NCBI GenBank assembly: GCA_973851085.1
Contig: OZ316776.1
Location: 8,060,001-8,124,000, forward strand
Origin: Ptychomitrium polyphyllum
Lineage: Eukaryota
Reading direction: 5' to 3'
Length of the DNA stretch: 64,000 nt
Below, one piece after another: positions 37,225-51,200 of the stretch. The stretch's first letter is position 1, and each line of letters opens with the position of its first letter. The notes beneath the pieces were generated by a model, which worked only from the letters and a program-made list of their open reading frames with translations, did no database searches and had not been told where the DNA came from. The translations under genes and the position numbers were made by a program.

Positions 37225-40200
37225 TTCTAAGCCATTAATCGAAAAGTGAATGAGGTGTGTCACTGCATGAGATTCTTCACCGTATGAGAAATGGCGCCTG
37301 GAGTACTGTCGTGGACTGTCTTGAAGACAGTCCAAGAATATTTATAGGTTATTCAAAAGATGCCATACCTGGAAGAGTTGATATGTTTTTGTGATGCCTT
37401 GTAATAATGCGTTCATGTAGTGTTCTTACTTATGTGATACTAGTGGTTAGAATTTTTATTGTGTATGATTAAAGGGTCTTGTATTTTAAAGTGTATTTTT
37501 AAGTATAGAAGCTTATGTACCTACGCCATCCTCCATTCCTCTTTTTGCTAATCCTCTATTCTATTCTTGTCAAGAATGGATTGAGACGTTGCATCCCTTC
37601 TCACTTATTAGTACATGAATCTTTTTTGTGATATATATTTCACTGGAAAATTAGTTATTTGTTGAAATTTCAAAAGAACTACCAATATCAATTTATTAAA
37701 CTACAATTATTGAGCCAATGTTAAACATGTATGTTATGCATAAGATGTATTGTGCATGCAATTGAGTTCTAATATAAAAATATATATTTTACTTATTTTT
37801 AGTTCAAATCTTTAATTTTTTAACTAATTTAAAAAAATAATGAAAATAAATTTTATAACTTATGATATACCAAATTCTCACAAGAAAGAATCAAATTTCT
37901 TCTAGAACCACATCCAAAAATAAACTACAATTTTTAAAACTTGTTAGATATAACATTAATATTTGAAATTTCTTATCCAAAGTTGTTCAATTTACAAGTA
38001 AATTTATTTTAGGTTTTTGTAAGTAATAAAAAAAAAACCTTATAGTCTTGTACCATTTACTTGTGTCTCCATCCATTTGTCCGTTTGTTTGCACTTATGA
38101 TTGACTTAATTTTACCTTTTGGTTTATTTAACTCTTTTTTTTGGATATTTTTGTATTTTATTTATCATTTAAAAAAACATAAAAATTAAACATTTACTAT
38201 TTTTTGTTTATTTTCTTACTTCTACAATTGTAAAAAAACTTGCATTAAATACCATTACATAAAAAATGTGATAACAGGAATATTAATTTAGGTTTATAAA
38301 TATAATACAAAAGAAAACCTTATACTCTTGTTGTCTTTGTTTTATTATTTTTTTTGTTAATGTGAATGTACATTCCAATTTTTAAACCTATATATCTAAT
38401 ACCATCACCATCCTTGATATTGTCACCATATCTAAGACCGACATAAGTTTATTCACAGAGATCCTAACTATACATTTGGAGAAGAACAATAAAAGTTATT
38501 TTTCTTTATTTGCTTGGCATAAGAGGTACCTTTAATAGTAAGTCATTGCTTTGCTTTCAAGCACTAGCACCTATATTTACATTTGCATTTGTATTTGTAG
38601 AGTAGAGATAAAAGGTATGGCTTTTTTTTGTTGCACCTCCTTTGTATATATCATGCTCATTGCTTCATTCGATGTTATAACAAAGACTATATACACTAGA
38701 GATCTAAGGACTTACTTTCTAGAAAGCAATTCAAAATAAGTTTAGCATGACCAGCTTGTCTAAGTTGAGCTGCTAGGGCTCTTAGCATTGTCTTCAATTG
38801 AGAAGGATGGAGAGTTTTTGAAGGAAAGATTAGCCATGGCTTGGGTTTTGTGTCAATTCAATGGAAAGGATAGGAAATGAAAGAGATGTAACATAGGTAG
38901 CCTTAAATAATAAAAGTATTGGAGGCACATCTATTTTTATGTAATATTTTTTACAATTTTGAAGTCTTCATAACAAATTAAAAAGATTTTTACAACACCA
39001 AACGGTACATGATGGAATTTAACAAAAACATGTAAGCACGTAGAAAAACTTATGCTAAATACCATCACATTAAAGATGTGATAGCCGCCTTACTTGTTAT
39101 TATTTCATCTAAAGCCATTCCAAAAATCAAATAATTGTTTGAATTTATAATGTCATTTTAAATGTTTAAAGTTAAATACAAAAAAAAATCATTTAAAAAT
39201 TAGGCAATTTTAAATTAAAAATGTTCAAAAATTACTAATATATTTCTAAAAACTTTAAATTTATGAATTCCTTATATGATTCCAAAGAAAATTGCATTGT
39301 TTTATTTGAAAAATTAACATGAAATGGCTAAAATTAGGTGTTCAAAACTTTATCAAAAATAAGTTGTTTAAAGCTTTATTAAATTAAAATGTTGAAAAAT
39401 TAAAGCTTATTTTGGAGGTTTTATAAAAACTTGTATTTCCACCATAAGTACTATCATTATTAAGGTAATTATTCTTAATTTCATGACAATGGATTGAAGA
39501 TGCTTCATTAAATTTAGCAACGTTTCTTAATTAAAAGATTAACCAATACTTTAAGTATTTTAGAATTGAAATAAAAATCTTAGGATTATTTTGGCAATTA
39601 AATGATATTTGAGTGTACATTGAATAACATGTTATCATTTTTGAACTAAATTTATTTAGAATGATTTCATTTAAATGTGAATTTTTTTATTTAAATCTAA
39701 ATTTTTTAAAAATCTAGTAGAAATATTTTTGGCCAAATATTAGATAAAAATTCTATAAAATATTTTCTTGCTCAGTATTTAAGAATGATTTGGATCTATT
39801 TAGCCAAAAAGATACCAATTTGAATGTCCTATGGTAGAAACTCATGTAATGCCTTGCTTCAATAGAAAATCTCTCACTACATACAAAAAAATCTAGAACT
39901 TACAATTTATAAATTCAAACAATTCATCCATCATTCATCAGGTAGTTTCTGTTTTAACCTTCAAAATTCTTCAATATGAATTTTTGTGAGGAGAAGTTAG
40001 GGTTTCAATTGTCAGAATCTCATGGTAAAAGAGTGCATCGCCTTTCCCCTTCAAACACAGTCCTCTTTCGGCAGCATATTCACCACAGAATAACCCAAGC
40101 GTTCATCCGACTCACCCGTCGCCGGTCAACCCAATTTCAGGATGAAGAATTGCCAGAACGTCAAACAGCGTCCCGGCCAAATTCGATGATCACTTTCATC

Positions 40201-41054
40201 CTGCACCACCATGGTTGCACGGGTACGTCATTCATCCACCTACCCCGCTCTGCACCCGATAGAAGATTTATCCACAGAAAATTCTTCCTCCAAACACAAG
40301 CCACAACGGATGAATATCTCGGACGGATGGTTCCGTTTGACAGGGCAGGACTAACGATCACCTCCTGCTACTCCACCTCGCTCGTTCGCAACCCCCCTCG
40401 TCGTCGTCCTCACAGCCCAAGCGGCCTAACCCCAGCATCGTTGAGGCCAACGGACACCCAAAACCGCCACAACACCCGAGACAACCTTCATCTACAAATG
40501 TCGTACGACTCGCATCTACAGAATTCTACAACTATGCAGCCAAGATACGCTAGCCTAGAACCGTCACCGTACTCAAAACCGATGTCCTCTACCCCCGAAT
40601 TTAATCTCAGGTACATCCACAATATTTGTAGATAGTTCCGGTTTCATTATGAGAAATAGACATGTTCTCAATATCATTTACCACGGGAAGAGATCCAAAT
40701 AAAGAAGTGTACACCACGGGAACATAAAGGTAGGGCAGTGGTGAATGCCATGGCGTGGTGAGGATGGTCATGGGAGAAGCAAATGACCTAATTGGCGCTT
40801 GCGGAGTTTATTGTTGTTTGTTTGTAGGAACTGTTGTCAGGCTTCGACGTCCGGCAATTTGCTGTGCAAGGAATTGGTGCTCGCGTGGAGTTTATCTTTA
40901 GCACGGCCGCGATCGGAGTCGCTTTATCAGTAGGTGAGCGTGGCGCGTCACGGCGATGGTTCTTGAGCTCATTGGTGTCTTATTGGAGTGCTTTTGGTGG
41001 CGACCTGCTGATTTGCTTTGTTGCTGAAACCCCAGGTTGTTGCTGGCGGCAGTG

Positions 41055-44000
41055 ATGGAGGCGAATCTTTCGGACGGGGAGGAGCAGCTGGTCATGCTGG
41101 AGTTTATGGATATTGTTGGCGAATCAGCGGATCGAGCTCGGCAGTTTCTTCAGGTTTGTGGTTGATTGGGGTTTTGGTCCGGCGTTGGGGTTTGGTGTCG
41201 GTTTTTTAGTTTGTAGCATGCGGTTGAGTGATTGAGTGATTGACTGAAGTGGCAGAGAGTTTTTTCCTCGTCTCTGCTGTGTAGTTTGTAATCCTTTGTT
41301 CGTAATTGACTTTGTGAGGAAGCTACTCTAGCGTGTGACGAATAGTGGACAATAAGTATTTAGTTTCTTGCACGATAGCAATGCCGAATTGAGCGTGGTG
41401 ATTGAAGTAAGGAAACTCAATTGGTTTGTATTTAGTGCATGTGGCGAGCTCCGACTAGCATTGTCTAAGTTGTTCAAGGAACGTGCTGTTTGTTAGTTGA
41501 TCGTCGAAATTTAGATACAGCTGTTTGCCTTGTGTGAACTGTTGACGCGTGAAGAAGGTGGTAGTTTTTCGAGCGAGGCCTTTGTGTGGAGTCAGCTCAT
41601 TTCAATTGTGTAGTGGTGAAAAATCCTTGTTGCAATTTTTTATGATTGATTCGCTTCTTTCGGGGGTTTGAGGCCCGAGGTGAAGAAAAGTACATCTTCA
41701 CCACATCTACTAATGTTTTGAACTGGTTTCTCTGAAATGTTTCACTTCCTAGGCTACTCTCTGCTATCAAAGTGTAATGGATAGATTTGCTTGGTTTCGC
41801 AGTGAGTCAATCTTGTTCGTCACTTGGTAAATATTTTTCGTATATCTTTTCTGTGGTATGTTCTTCGTGGATTTGAATTTCATATTAAGTGTTGTGGTTC
41901 GTAGACTGGCGGTCAGCCTGCATTTCTGTTTCTTCATTTCTTGTGTTTAAGCAGTTCCTGCAGAGCACTGTATACTTCTCGAGTTTACAGTCATCGTTGG
42001 CTTAATTTCACTCTGGTGTAACATTCAGCTAAGGTGTTTTAGAACATTCAGCTAATGTATTTTCCATATGGCCAATACCATCATTGCTGTCCTTGCTAGT
42101 GTTGTATATTTTCGTTCGTGATGCATGCTTCGTTATGTTTGTAGCATTCTATTATAGTCTAGAGTGTTCTGGCTTTGTTGAGCTTTTTAGTTTGAAAGCT
42201 CTTTCTCATTCTTGGCGCATAAAGAGGCTTCGATTGCTATCTGCACAGTCACCATATTTGCTCGTAATTAACCAATTTTTGTGATTGTTTACAGACCTGT
42301 ACGTTGGATATAATGACTCCTATTGTCAGCTACTGAAGGCGGTGACTATTGATGGCATGATACGTGGTTTTGTGTTCCCTGCAGGCGACTGGTTGGTTAC
42401 TCAACGAAGCTGTTCAACTTTACTTCGCTGAAAATAACGAAGTGGGTGGAACAAATACTGATTTTCCTACTCCAGTGATCTCGCCTCCAGCCCTTTCGGA
42501 GCAGGCTGCACTTGGACCAACTTTAGGTCCTGGAAGCACGAGTGCTAGCGACAGGTACTCAAAGTCGTAAGGGCCTGGATGTTTTGGTCTGTAGCTGTTT
42601 GTGATCAAGCAGGTTGTTTACTTTAGTGCACAAGGCGACAGGCTTGAAGTTGCTCTTGCTGTATTACAGATTATTTTTATCAGAGGACAATGGTATTGTA
42701 GCTTTGGGGTTGAAGTTCCTTGCATGCATCTTTCTGTCTGTTTTAGGTTAATATTTTCTTTCATTAAGCTTGATGCTTTTTGTTACCTATGGCGGTATGA
42801 TACTGTTACTTAGATCCTACACCTTTAATAGTTAAACCTACAAATTTTTTTACAGTATGTATATATGGGTTGTTGGTAAATACGTATATCCTTAAATGCA
42901 GTTATGAAACTTGATTACCTCCTAGTGGATGATCACTAGAGCTGTACCAGTAAGGAAAACGGCTAATTAATCTGTTTGTGTCTTTTACCGTTCAAGCAAT
43001 TTGTATTTGGGTCTGAACTTGTCATTGCTTTAACCTATATTTTTGTTTTGCTGTTGCATAGAATTGTTGAAGATGACAACTACGTCCGGCCACCTTTGCC
43101 TGTAAAACGAGAGGCTCTTTACGAAGATATTCTTCAAGCCAGGTGCCTTATCTTACCGTTGCCTACGTTCTGCAGCATAAAAAGACCATATCTGCTTTTG
43201 TCCATATTTACATAGTATTAACTCTAAAGGTTTTCGATAGGTGTCCAGTTTTTATGTGCTAGCTACGTGCAGTTTAATTCAATATTATGCAAGCACTCTC
43301 TAGTGGCGCATTGTTTCCCTGCTCCTGTTACGTTTCGTGGATTGTTGTCTTTTCATGGGTCCTAGCGCATCTATTATAGCGTCTGATTTATAGCAGTGAT
43401 ATGTGTTATCCGGTTTGATTACTTAAGGTAGTTATGATGGATCAACTTATGTTCCCTGTGCCTGTGGATTGAATCAGGTCACATCACGTGTTGCAACAAC
43501 CAAGCCATAGCTTTGTAGATCCTTTTAGGAACTTTGAAGATGAAGTCAATCATCAGACAGGCTGGGGTGCAGGAGAGCCCAGTAGCCATATTGGTCCGGT
43601 TGGTGGGTCTTCACGAGACTCATTAGCTGCTCTTTATCGGCCACCATTCGTTTTTATGTTTCAAGGCACGTTTGAGCAGGTACAGCCTTTTTAACCTGGT
43701 ATATGGATTCTGTTATGATGCATTTTAACCCGATATGATGCATGCAATTTTGAGCTGCTGAATTGTCTGCTAATCCGATCATTCTTCTATTGTTGGTGCC
43801 AAATGCTTGTGGCACGAACGGTGTTTTAGTCTGGAGAAACACAGCAATCAAATTGATTGACATTGTTTTATTCATGCATTCTCTTAAGAGTTGCTCCGAG
43901 GATAAGCTTACATTTTTTGGATTTTAAATTTTGGAAGTGCAGGCTAAATCAGAGGCTGCAAAGCAGGGAAAGTGGTTGTTGGTTAATCTGCAGTCAACCA

Positions 44001-45954
44001 CAGAATTTGCCAGTTACACGGTACATATGTAACTGCATATTTGCAAAGATGGATGATTCTCAAGCTATAATAACCAAGAACTGTGACTGTTATTCCAAGA
44101 GGACATGTTTGACATAGTTTTGATGGGAACTTTTGTTGTGTTTTGCGCAATAGAGTTGTGGGGAGCCGCCGTTGGTATTGCTCTTCCTTTGCGCGTGGTA
44201 TATGTTATACTGACTTATTGTTACTCTGGGTGGATATTTCGGTGCAGTTGAATCGTGATACATGGGGTCATGAAGCTGTAAAGGACACTGTTGGTACTTC
44301 TTTTGTATTCTGGCAGGTCTGTCTGAAACTTCTATATGGTTGTCCTAGCCTACCATCTTGTTGAGCCAGCAATTTCCTGCTGGCCTTATGGACCATGTAT
44401 ATTATGTTGATAGGAAACAACAAATAAGGTGTGGACACTTATTCCACAGGTGTACGATGACACAGAAGAAGGGAGGAAGGTCTGCACATACTATAAGCTT
44501 TTACTCATGCCTTCAATCCTAGTGATTGATCCTCTCACTGGACAGAAGATGCGGTCATGGGAAGGCATGATTAGTGCTGAGCGTCTTTTGGAAGTAATTC
44601 TCTTTACTCCTCCTGTGCCCTGCCCGCTCCTCTCCCATCCCACTTTTTTGACGATTTATCATTGATTACGCATAGTTTTTAGAATAATACGTTTTATTTA
44701 ATTTAATTGATATGAGGGTACTACTTTGTTTTTTTAATTCTTAAATTTATCATTATCATTATCGTTATTATTATTGAATAACTTTTGTATATAGAAATAT
44801 TAGCTCCTGCACCAGGCTAATTTGTTAGTGATACTGTGAACCAGGATCTGGTGCGGTATATGGACAAGGGTCCCCTTGAAACGCAGCCTGGTTTCCCACC
44901 TCATAAACGCCCCCGTGAAGAATCACGCCCTCGTGAAGCCAAAGAATCAAGTGAACCTTTTAAAGGTTATTCAATATGGTTTCTCTTATTGCTTTTGACT
45001 TTGGGTCTGTCATTGTGCATTGTAACTTTGTAGCTATTTATACCAGAACCGAGGTTTTACTCTTTTTATAATGCAGTTTTTATGGGATTTTCTACTCAAC
45101 ATCAGGTTTTGGGTTTTTGCAGATATCATTGACTTGTCGGATGAGGAACAACGACCGGCAGCAAGCAGTCCATTGTCAGGGTTAGATTCCCGGCACTCGG
45201 AATCAGTTATGGAGCCGTCTACAAAGGAAGTGAATGCAGGTGTTGTTGCAGAAGAGGCTGTTAAACCAATTGCTTATCCAGCATTGCCTGTAGAGCCCGA
45301 GAACAAAAGCCCTGGTGCATGTAGGGTGGGGATTCGATTTCCTGATGGCTCTAGGAGCAATCGAAGATTTTTGATGAGTGATCCCGTGAAGGTATACTAG
45401 ACGGAAACCTTTGGGCTACACTGAAGCATGCTTCCAATTGATTTATTTAGACTTGTATTAGATGTGTTTAAATTCCTTCCTCTTTGTCTTCTTTACCCGC
45501 AGTTGTTCACCGACTTTATGTGGAATAGTTAGTAATTTTCAATTGAGCATGAGTTATAGCAGTAGGATTATGTTCTCTTTCTCAAGCATTTTCGTCTTCA
45601 CATGAAACATCTTAAGTATTCTAGGAAAAGATATCTCATGCAGGATTTGCTTTATGAGACACTTTCAAAGGGAACCATCTTACATTGTCTAGTGTTACTC
45701 AATGTCTGTGGTTTCTCGTGAACATCAAACTGGCGATTTGGTGTCCTGTTAGTTTCGCTGATACTAACAGTCCTCTGGGTGGACAGCTTTTATGGACTTT
45801 TTGCAGTACCCAGGTGAAGGAAGCGGAGGGAGGACGTAAATTTCACTTGAATCAAAATATACCAGGAGCAAACCGCACACTAGAATATAGCTCAGATGCA
45901 AATATGGAACAAGCGGGAGTCGCAAATTCGATGCTGTCTATGGTTTGGGACTAA
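41055..45954 (+). CDS. PUX7: Plant UBX-domain protein 7 (UBA-like, UAS, UBX; UBXN7/Ubx5 type CDC48 adaptor), 466 aa, 10 exons
   Basis: Exons 41055-41153, 42385-42554, 43062-43142, 43478-43679, 43943-44020, 44248-44316, 44450-44593, 44845-44965, 45123-45391 and 45787-45954 sum to 1401 nt in frame. Motifs: ARQFLQATGWLLNEAVQLYF (UBA-like), LAALYRPPF..KWLLVNLQSTTEFASYTLNRDTW..IDPLTGQKMRSWEG (UAS), CRVGIRFPDGSRSNRRF..LLWTFC..AGVANSMLSMVWD* (UBX). Confidence 0.97.
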
Positions 45955-48249
45955 TTTTGGTAAGTTTGCGAATGTCTTTCCAGCGTTAGTCTCCTGCATC
46001 TGTTTTGTACCTCTCATTGTGTCATTGTGTCATTGTGTGGATAGGTTGCGGTTCACATGGTCGTACATCTGGTAGCCAATTATTTGGAATTGCAAGTGTT
46101 TCCTATTGTTTTGAAAGTCCCACTTATCTATGACTGGTGTTACAAGGTGTTGGATTGAGGATTTGAGCTGGTGGACAATGCCCATAATTGTCCCTCAACT
46201 TCGACCATTTCTTTTGCAAGAGTGGTAGGAGGAAGGTGCAGATCAATGCAGAACTGGACGTGCACATCCGAAGTGGTTTGGGACACCTACAACGATTACA
46301 GTGCTTATCTTCTCAACCCGGTCCCAGACTAGAGATGCAATGGATCAGTATTTAGAACAGTTGGTGATTGTAATATTGTTCAATTTGTGATCTCGGGAGA
46401 TCACCATGCTACATTATGTAGCACAGGCAAGCTGTTTAGCATGTGTGTAAAGGATTTTGTTCAGCAGAAGCTCTCATCTGTTGTGATTTTTTTGTATTGC
46501 TTACATTGGCTCTCTGTACATTCATAAGAGATGGAATGTGGTGGCTGACTTGCAGAAGCAATGAGCAAGGTGGGTCATTATTCTAGGCATTTCGTGTAGC
46601 GCAACGGCTTCAGCACTTCCGGACATATTAATTAGTACTGAAGTATTTTTTTAAGGCAGGTGAATAGGAGAAGTAAAGTATCTATCTACAGCGTTTGCGG
46701 TATTGCCAATAGTTTTACTTTGACGATGGAATTAGGAAACCATATCATGTGATCTTTGAAACATTGACCTTGCATTGGGATCCGGCATCTATTAATGTAT
46801 CTATTATTATCTTCTATTGTACAAAACCTAATTATTCACTTCACTAGACCAAGTGTGGGATCATCATACACTGCCTGCTGTAACTAAGTAGAGGGTTCAA
46901 AACTTTTGCACTAAAACGACTATACCGGGCATAAGTGGCTTCCTTTTAGTGATTCATACAACTTTTAAGGGAGTAAACAGAAGCCCCAAACAGCTTATTC
47001 TACGATACTACCATTCTCTTCAACACTGATGCTCTGGATTAATGTGTCTATCTTAGCAGTGAAATTCGACAAGCTGGGCTGAAAGTTACACCCACCCTAT
47101 CCTCTTGGATCAAGGTCCTCTTGAGTTCTTTAAACCATTAAAACTTTAATTCTTCCAAGCTTGCATGCAATCTTCCCAAGGGGGAAATATTGTCACGCAG
47201 TTGTGTTGGCCGCCTTCAACATGATATATGCACACTACGGTATATTGATTCCTTTATTGTGAGTTGGAAATATTAGGCGGTGGGGCTGTAGCGGCATCGT
47301 TTCTTGAACGTGCAATACAGGAATTAGAGCTGAGCATAAGGGCGTCTTCTCCAGCTTGTCTCACCTCACGATGTAGCCCAACTCCTGTCGAAGCTCCCGC
47401 ATGCGTGAGCATGTAGCGAAGCTAGACAAAAGTCCTCGCCACCTTTTTTTCATGGATCAGGTCCTGCAAACCAGCCATAAAATTGAAGCTCAGTACTTGG
47501 AACGAGTTCCCAATGAATGCAATTCTTACTCAAGATTCTCATTGTAAACGTCAACTTTCAGTGCATAATTGAACAAAAACAAGGAAATAAAGGAGACTAA
47601 CAAATCATGATTTGCCATGAGATTTTACAGATCTGAAAGTGGTTGTCCGTGATTTGCAGCTGTCAATTTTTATCATCGAAAAGTTGTTGTTATTCAAACT
47701 GTAGACCAACTACTCATCTTACAAGTAAAATCGAATATCTCATAACATGATTAAGTTAGTAACAGGAGTTGGGCATGGATTCTCTGTATCTTGAAGTGGA
47801 GAACTGTCAAGCTCCGGCGACATGCCACACACGCGACGATTGCGAGGAGTTTTACTCGGTCGTTGAGCAAGACCAACTGGTGATAGAACTGGACTTGCAA
47901 TTCTTTGACGCTCAACCACTGACCACCTGCATAGGTAAAGGAACGTCGAGGCAGAAGTCACCAGCACCTAAAATGTTAACATCACAGCAAAGCAGCCAGG
48001 ATAACGAGAGGTAATGCCGAATTCCAACCAACACCACTGCGTGAGTCAAGTGATTATTCACTTTGCCACAGTAAGATTAACCAAAGACAGAACAACAGAT
48101 ATCCCTCTACATTCAACAAGTTCCCTTCAAGAGGATTCAGCTCAGGTGTCCACTTTGCCATGCCCACAGGCTTTCTCTGGTATGTACAAGTATAGTTGTC
48201 TTGGTATAGTCTGAAGATGGGCTTCAGCTTAGGTGATGTGAACGTTAGG

Positions 48250-51200
48250 TTGTGAAATTTTTATAATGTGACTTTATAATGTGAATTGTTTAGAAGACTT
48301 TTCTGTAAACAGTTAATTTTTTTAGAATTACTTCAAACTTGTTTATGGATAAATGCTAAGTAGCAACACAAAATAATAGCTTATATTGAGGTCAAATATT
48401 CTATTGTTTATCCATTATTTGGATCGAACTTTCTTTTCATCCGCCTATTTTCACTATTTTAAAAAAAAAAATTGCAGTTTCATGCACTCTTTAAAGACTT
48501 GGAAAGATTCGATTTTTCCTTGAAGCTTAGAGCTCACCAAATATTTTTGATGCTTTCTTGTGTTTTAATACTTAAAAAGCATTGCTTAAATTGGTTTGAA
48601 TTGGTCTATTCTTTTACATATTTAATAGCATGGTTCTACAACATTTTTAACATTTTGGTGACAAGTACAAAATGTGAATCTTAGTTATTTTGAATTGATT
48701 TAATGACGATTGTTAATTTGAAGAAGATTTCAATCTACATGAGATTATGTTAGACTAGGATTTTCCAATTTAGTGAATTATTTAAAATATAAATTAAAAA
48801 CTATTCATCATAAGATTGTTTATTAAGGAATTCAAAATCATCTTCCATCATAATTCATAATCATTTTTATTCATTGAGTGCTTAAAATTGTTATATTCAC
48901 TTTTTATGTTCTTACTAGCCCCCATTAGATTTGCTTCTATTCCAAATTTAACAATTCATGACTTATTTATATGAGCCCTAAATTTTTTTAAAGCATTCAA
49001 ATTAAAATAATTTTTTACTAACATGATATATTTAATTTTTAGAAAAATTATCAAAGGATATATAAAAAAATTTAATTTGAATTTTAAATATATAAATATT
49101 TTAGTTATTATAAATTCATCTCTCATGGTTTAGTATCTTATTTTGCAAATTAAGATTTTGGGTTTGTAGAAATATTTTTGAAAACACAGCTTTTACTAAT
49201 CATCAATTTTTTGTCAAACTCAAATTGCTAAAAATATATAGAGAACTTTCTTCCAAAACAAAAGAATTTGAATTTTAAATTATAAATATCATGGTCATTT
49301 GTCAAATAAAAGTGATACCAAAAATTTGAAGTCATGATTTTATTTGGATAGAAATTTCTATAAATTTGGCAACATGAATTCTTTGAAATTTTAAGATTTA
49401 GTGAAAATATATCCAAATCATTGAAATAAAAAATTATTAAAGTAGTTGGTGTAATTGAAAACTATCAAAATATTGTTATGATTCTATTAAAACTTTTAAA
49501 ATATTTTAATGTTTAAATGATCCATTATAAAATACTAGCAATTTTGGAATTTATTTATTTACTATTTATCCATTATAATATATTACTTCTTTTTTATTAG
49601 CTAATTATTAATATAAAATATAATTTATATAAGATATTATATAAATTATGAATTTTTGAACATCAAATGGATGTTCAAGATTATTAATAACAATAATACC
49701 AAAAATTTGGACAACTATTCATTGAAGTGAAAGGACTTTATAATTTCTTTAAATTCTACTTTTAAATTTCATTTTTTAATAATTAAATCTAATTTCATTA
49801 ATTTTTTGTTTATTATTCCGTTTATAACACCAGTTTTTATTATTCCCAACTAAGTAATAAAAAATGCACATTGTCCAAAATGCTTTTGATGTATGTACTA
49901 CAAATTGTTTAATGTAAGTTGTGGCCTATTCTTATTTCATGCAATTATTTTAAATTTACTCTATGAATTGTAAAAGATTGGCTATTGCCAACTTCTATTT
50001 TGCAATTTGGTTAAAAAGTTTAAATAGCTAATTTATACTATGCATGCACTTTTTAATATAATTTACACTTTAAAAATAAAAATAATATTTTATAAAATAA
50101 TAGCAAGGACCTGATTAATACCTGATATGTTTCTTTGATGACAAATTGGAGCACTTTCATTTTAAAATGGTCATCATGCAATTGAAGGAATTTTTGAGAA
50201 AAAATTAAAATATGATACAAATAAGATATGATATTCATCCATCACAATTTTATAAAAGCAATGAAACTTACACTATTGAATATCAATTGAAGATTGATAA
50301 TAACAATCATAAAATCTTTTAGATTAAATGAGCTCATGTAGTTTTAAGTGCAAATACAAATTCAGAAAGCAATTAAATTGCAGATAATATTTAAAAATAA
50401 AGGGATTTTTGGCACCATGATAATTATTTGATTTTTAAGTTTTTTATTTTTAGATATCATAGAGTTACTTATAAGTTCCTAAATCATTGTTTTAATTATA
50501 CATTATTTTAGTTGAATTAATTTTTTGAATTTTGTGATGTTTTTCATTTGTTGTATTTTCATTTACATTACAAAGAAGTACAAATTGCTTAAAACACTTG
50601 TAGATAAAATAGTGCAACAAATAGTAGCAATCATAAACAAAATAATATTTTCTTACAATTAAAAAAATTTATCTTGACTTTAAAAGTGAGAATTTAACAA
50701 TCAATATTATTGAACCAAGTGTAAATTTCCATAGTTTTCTCATAACATTGATTTCTATTTATATGAATTCCAATGGCCAAAAGAATGTGCAATATAAACA
50801 CTTAAAAAAAAATAGATGCTTCTTACAATGCAATCCATGTATGTAATTTCATCAAAATCTTACTTTATAAAAATATATTTTCTAAACAATAATACACTTA
50901 CATTAAATCATTTCAATGTTTATAAGTTAATATATTTTAAATTGCTACATGTTGTAAAAATTTGTACAATAACAATTATTGTAGCAACTTTCATAACATT
51001 TTGAAAGTGAAATATATATATATATGTTGCATTTCTTTATATTACAATTTTATGATCTCCTTATATATAATATCTATATATATATATTTACTTTTTTTAA
51101 ATCCATGACTTCTTATAGTTATAAAGACATCAACTCTTGACCAAGTTTGACTTAGTTTAATTAATATGGGCCATACAACCTTCATTTCTTGCGATTTATT

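Noticed and set aside
42885..42901. ATATCCTTAAATGCAG resembling U12-intron signals
   Set aside because: It lies mid-intron in PUX7, and the reading frame is fully explained by ordinary GT-AG junctions.
47376..47774. 13-bp inverted repeat GCCCAACTCCTGT...ACAGGAGTTGGGC as MITE TIRs
   Set aside because: There is no exact TSD (ATGTA versus ATGGA), and one such pair within a few hundred bp is expected by chance in 64 kb.
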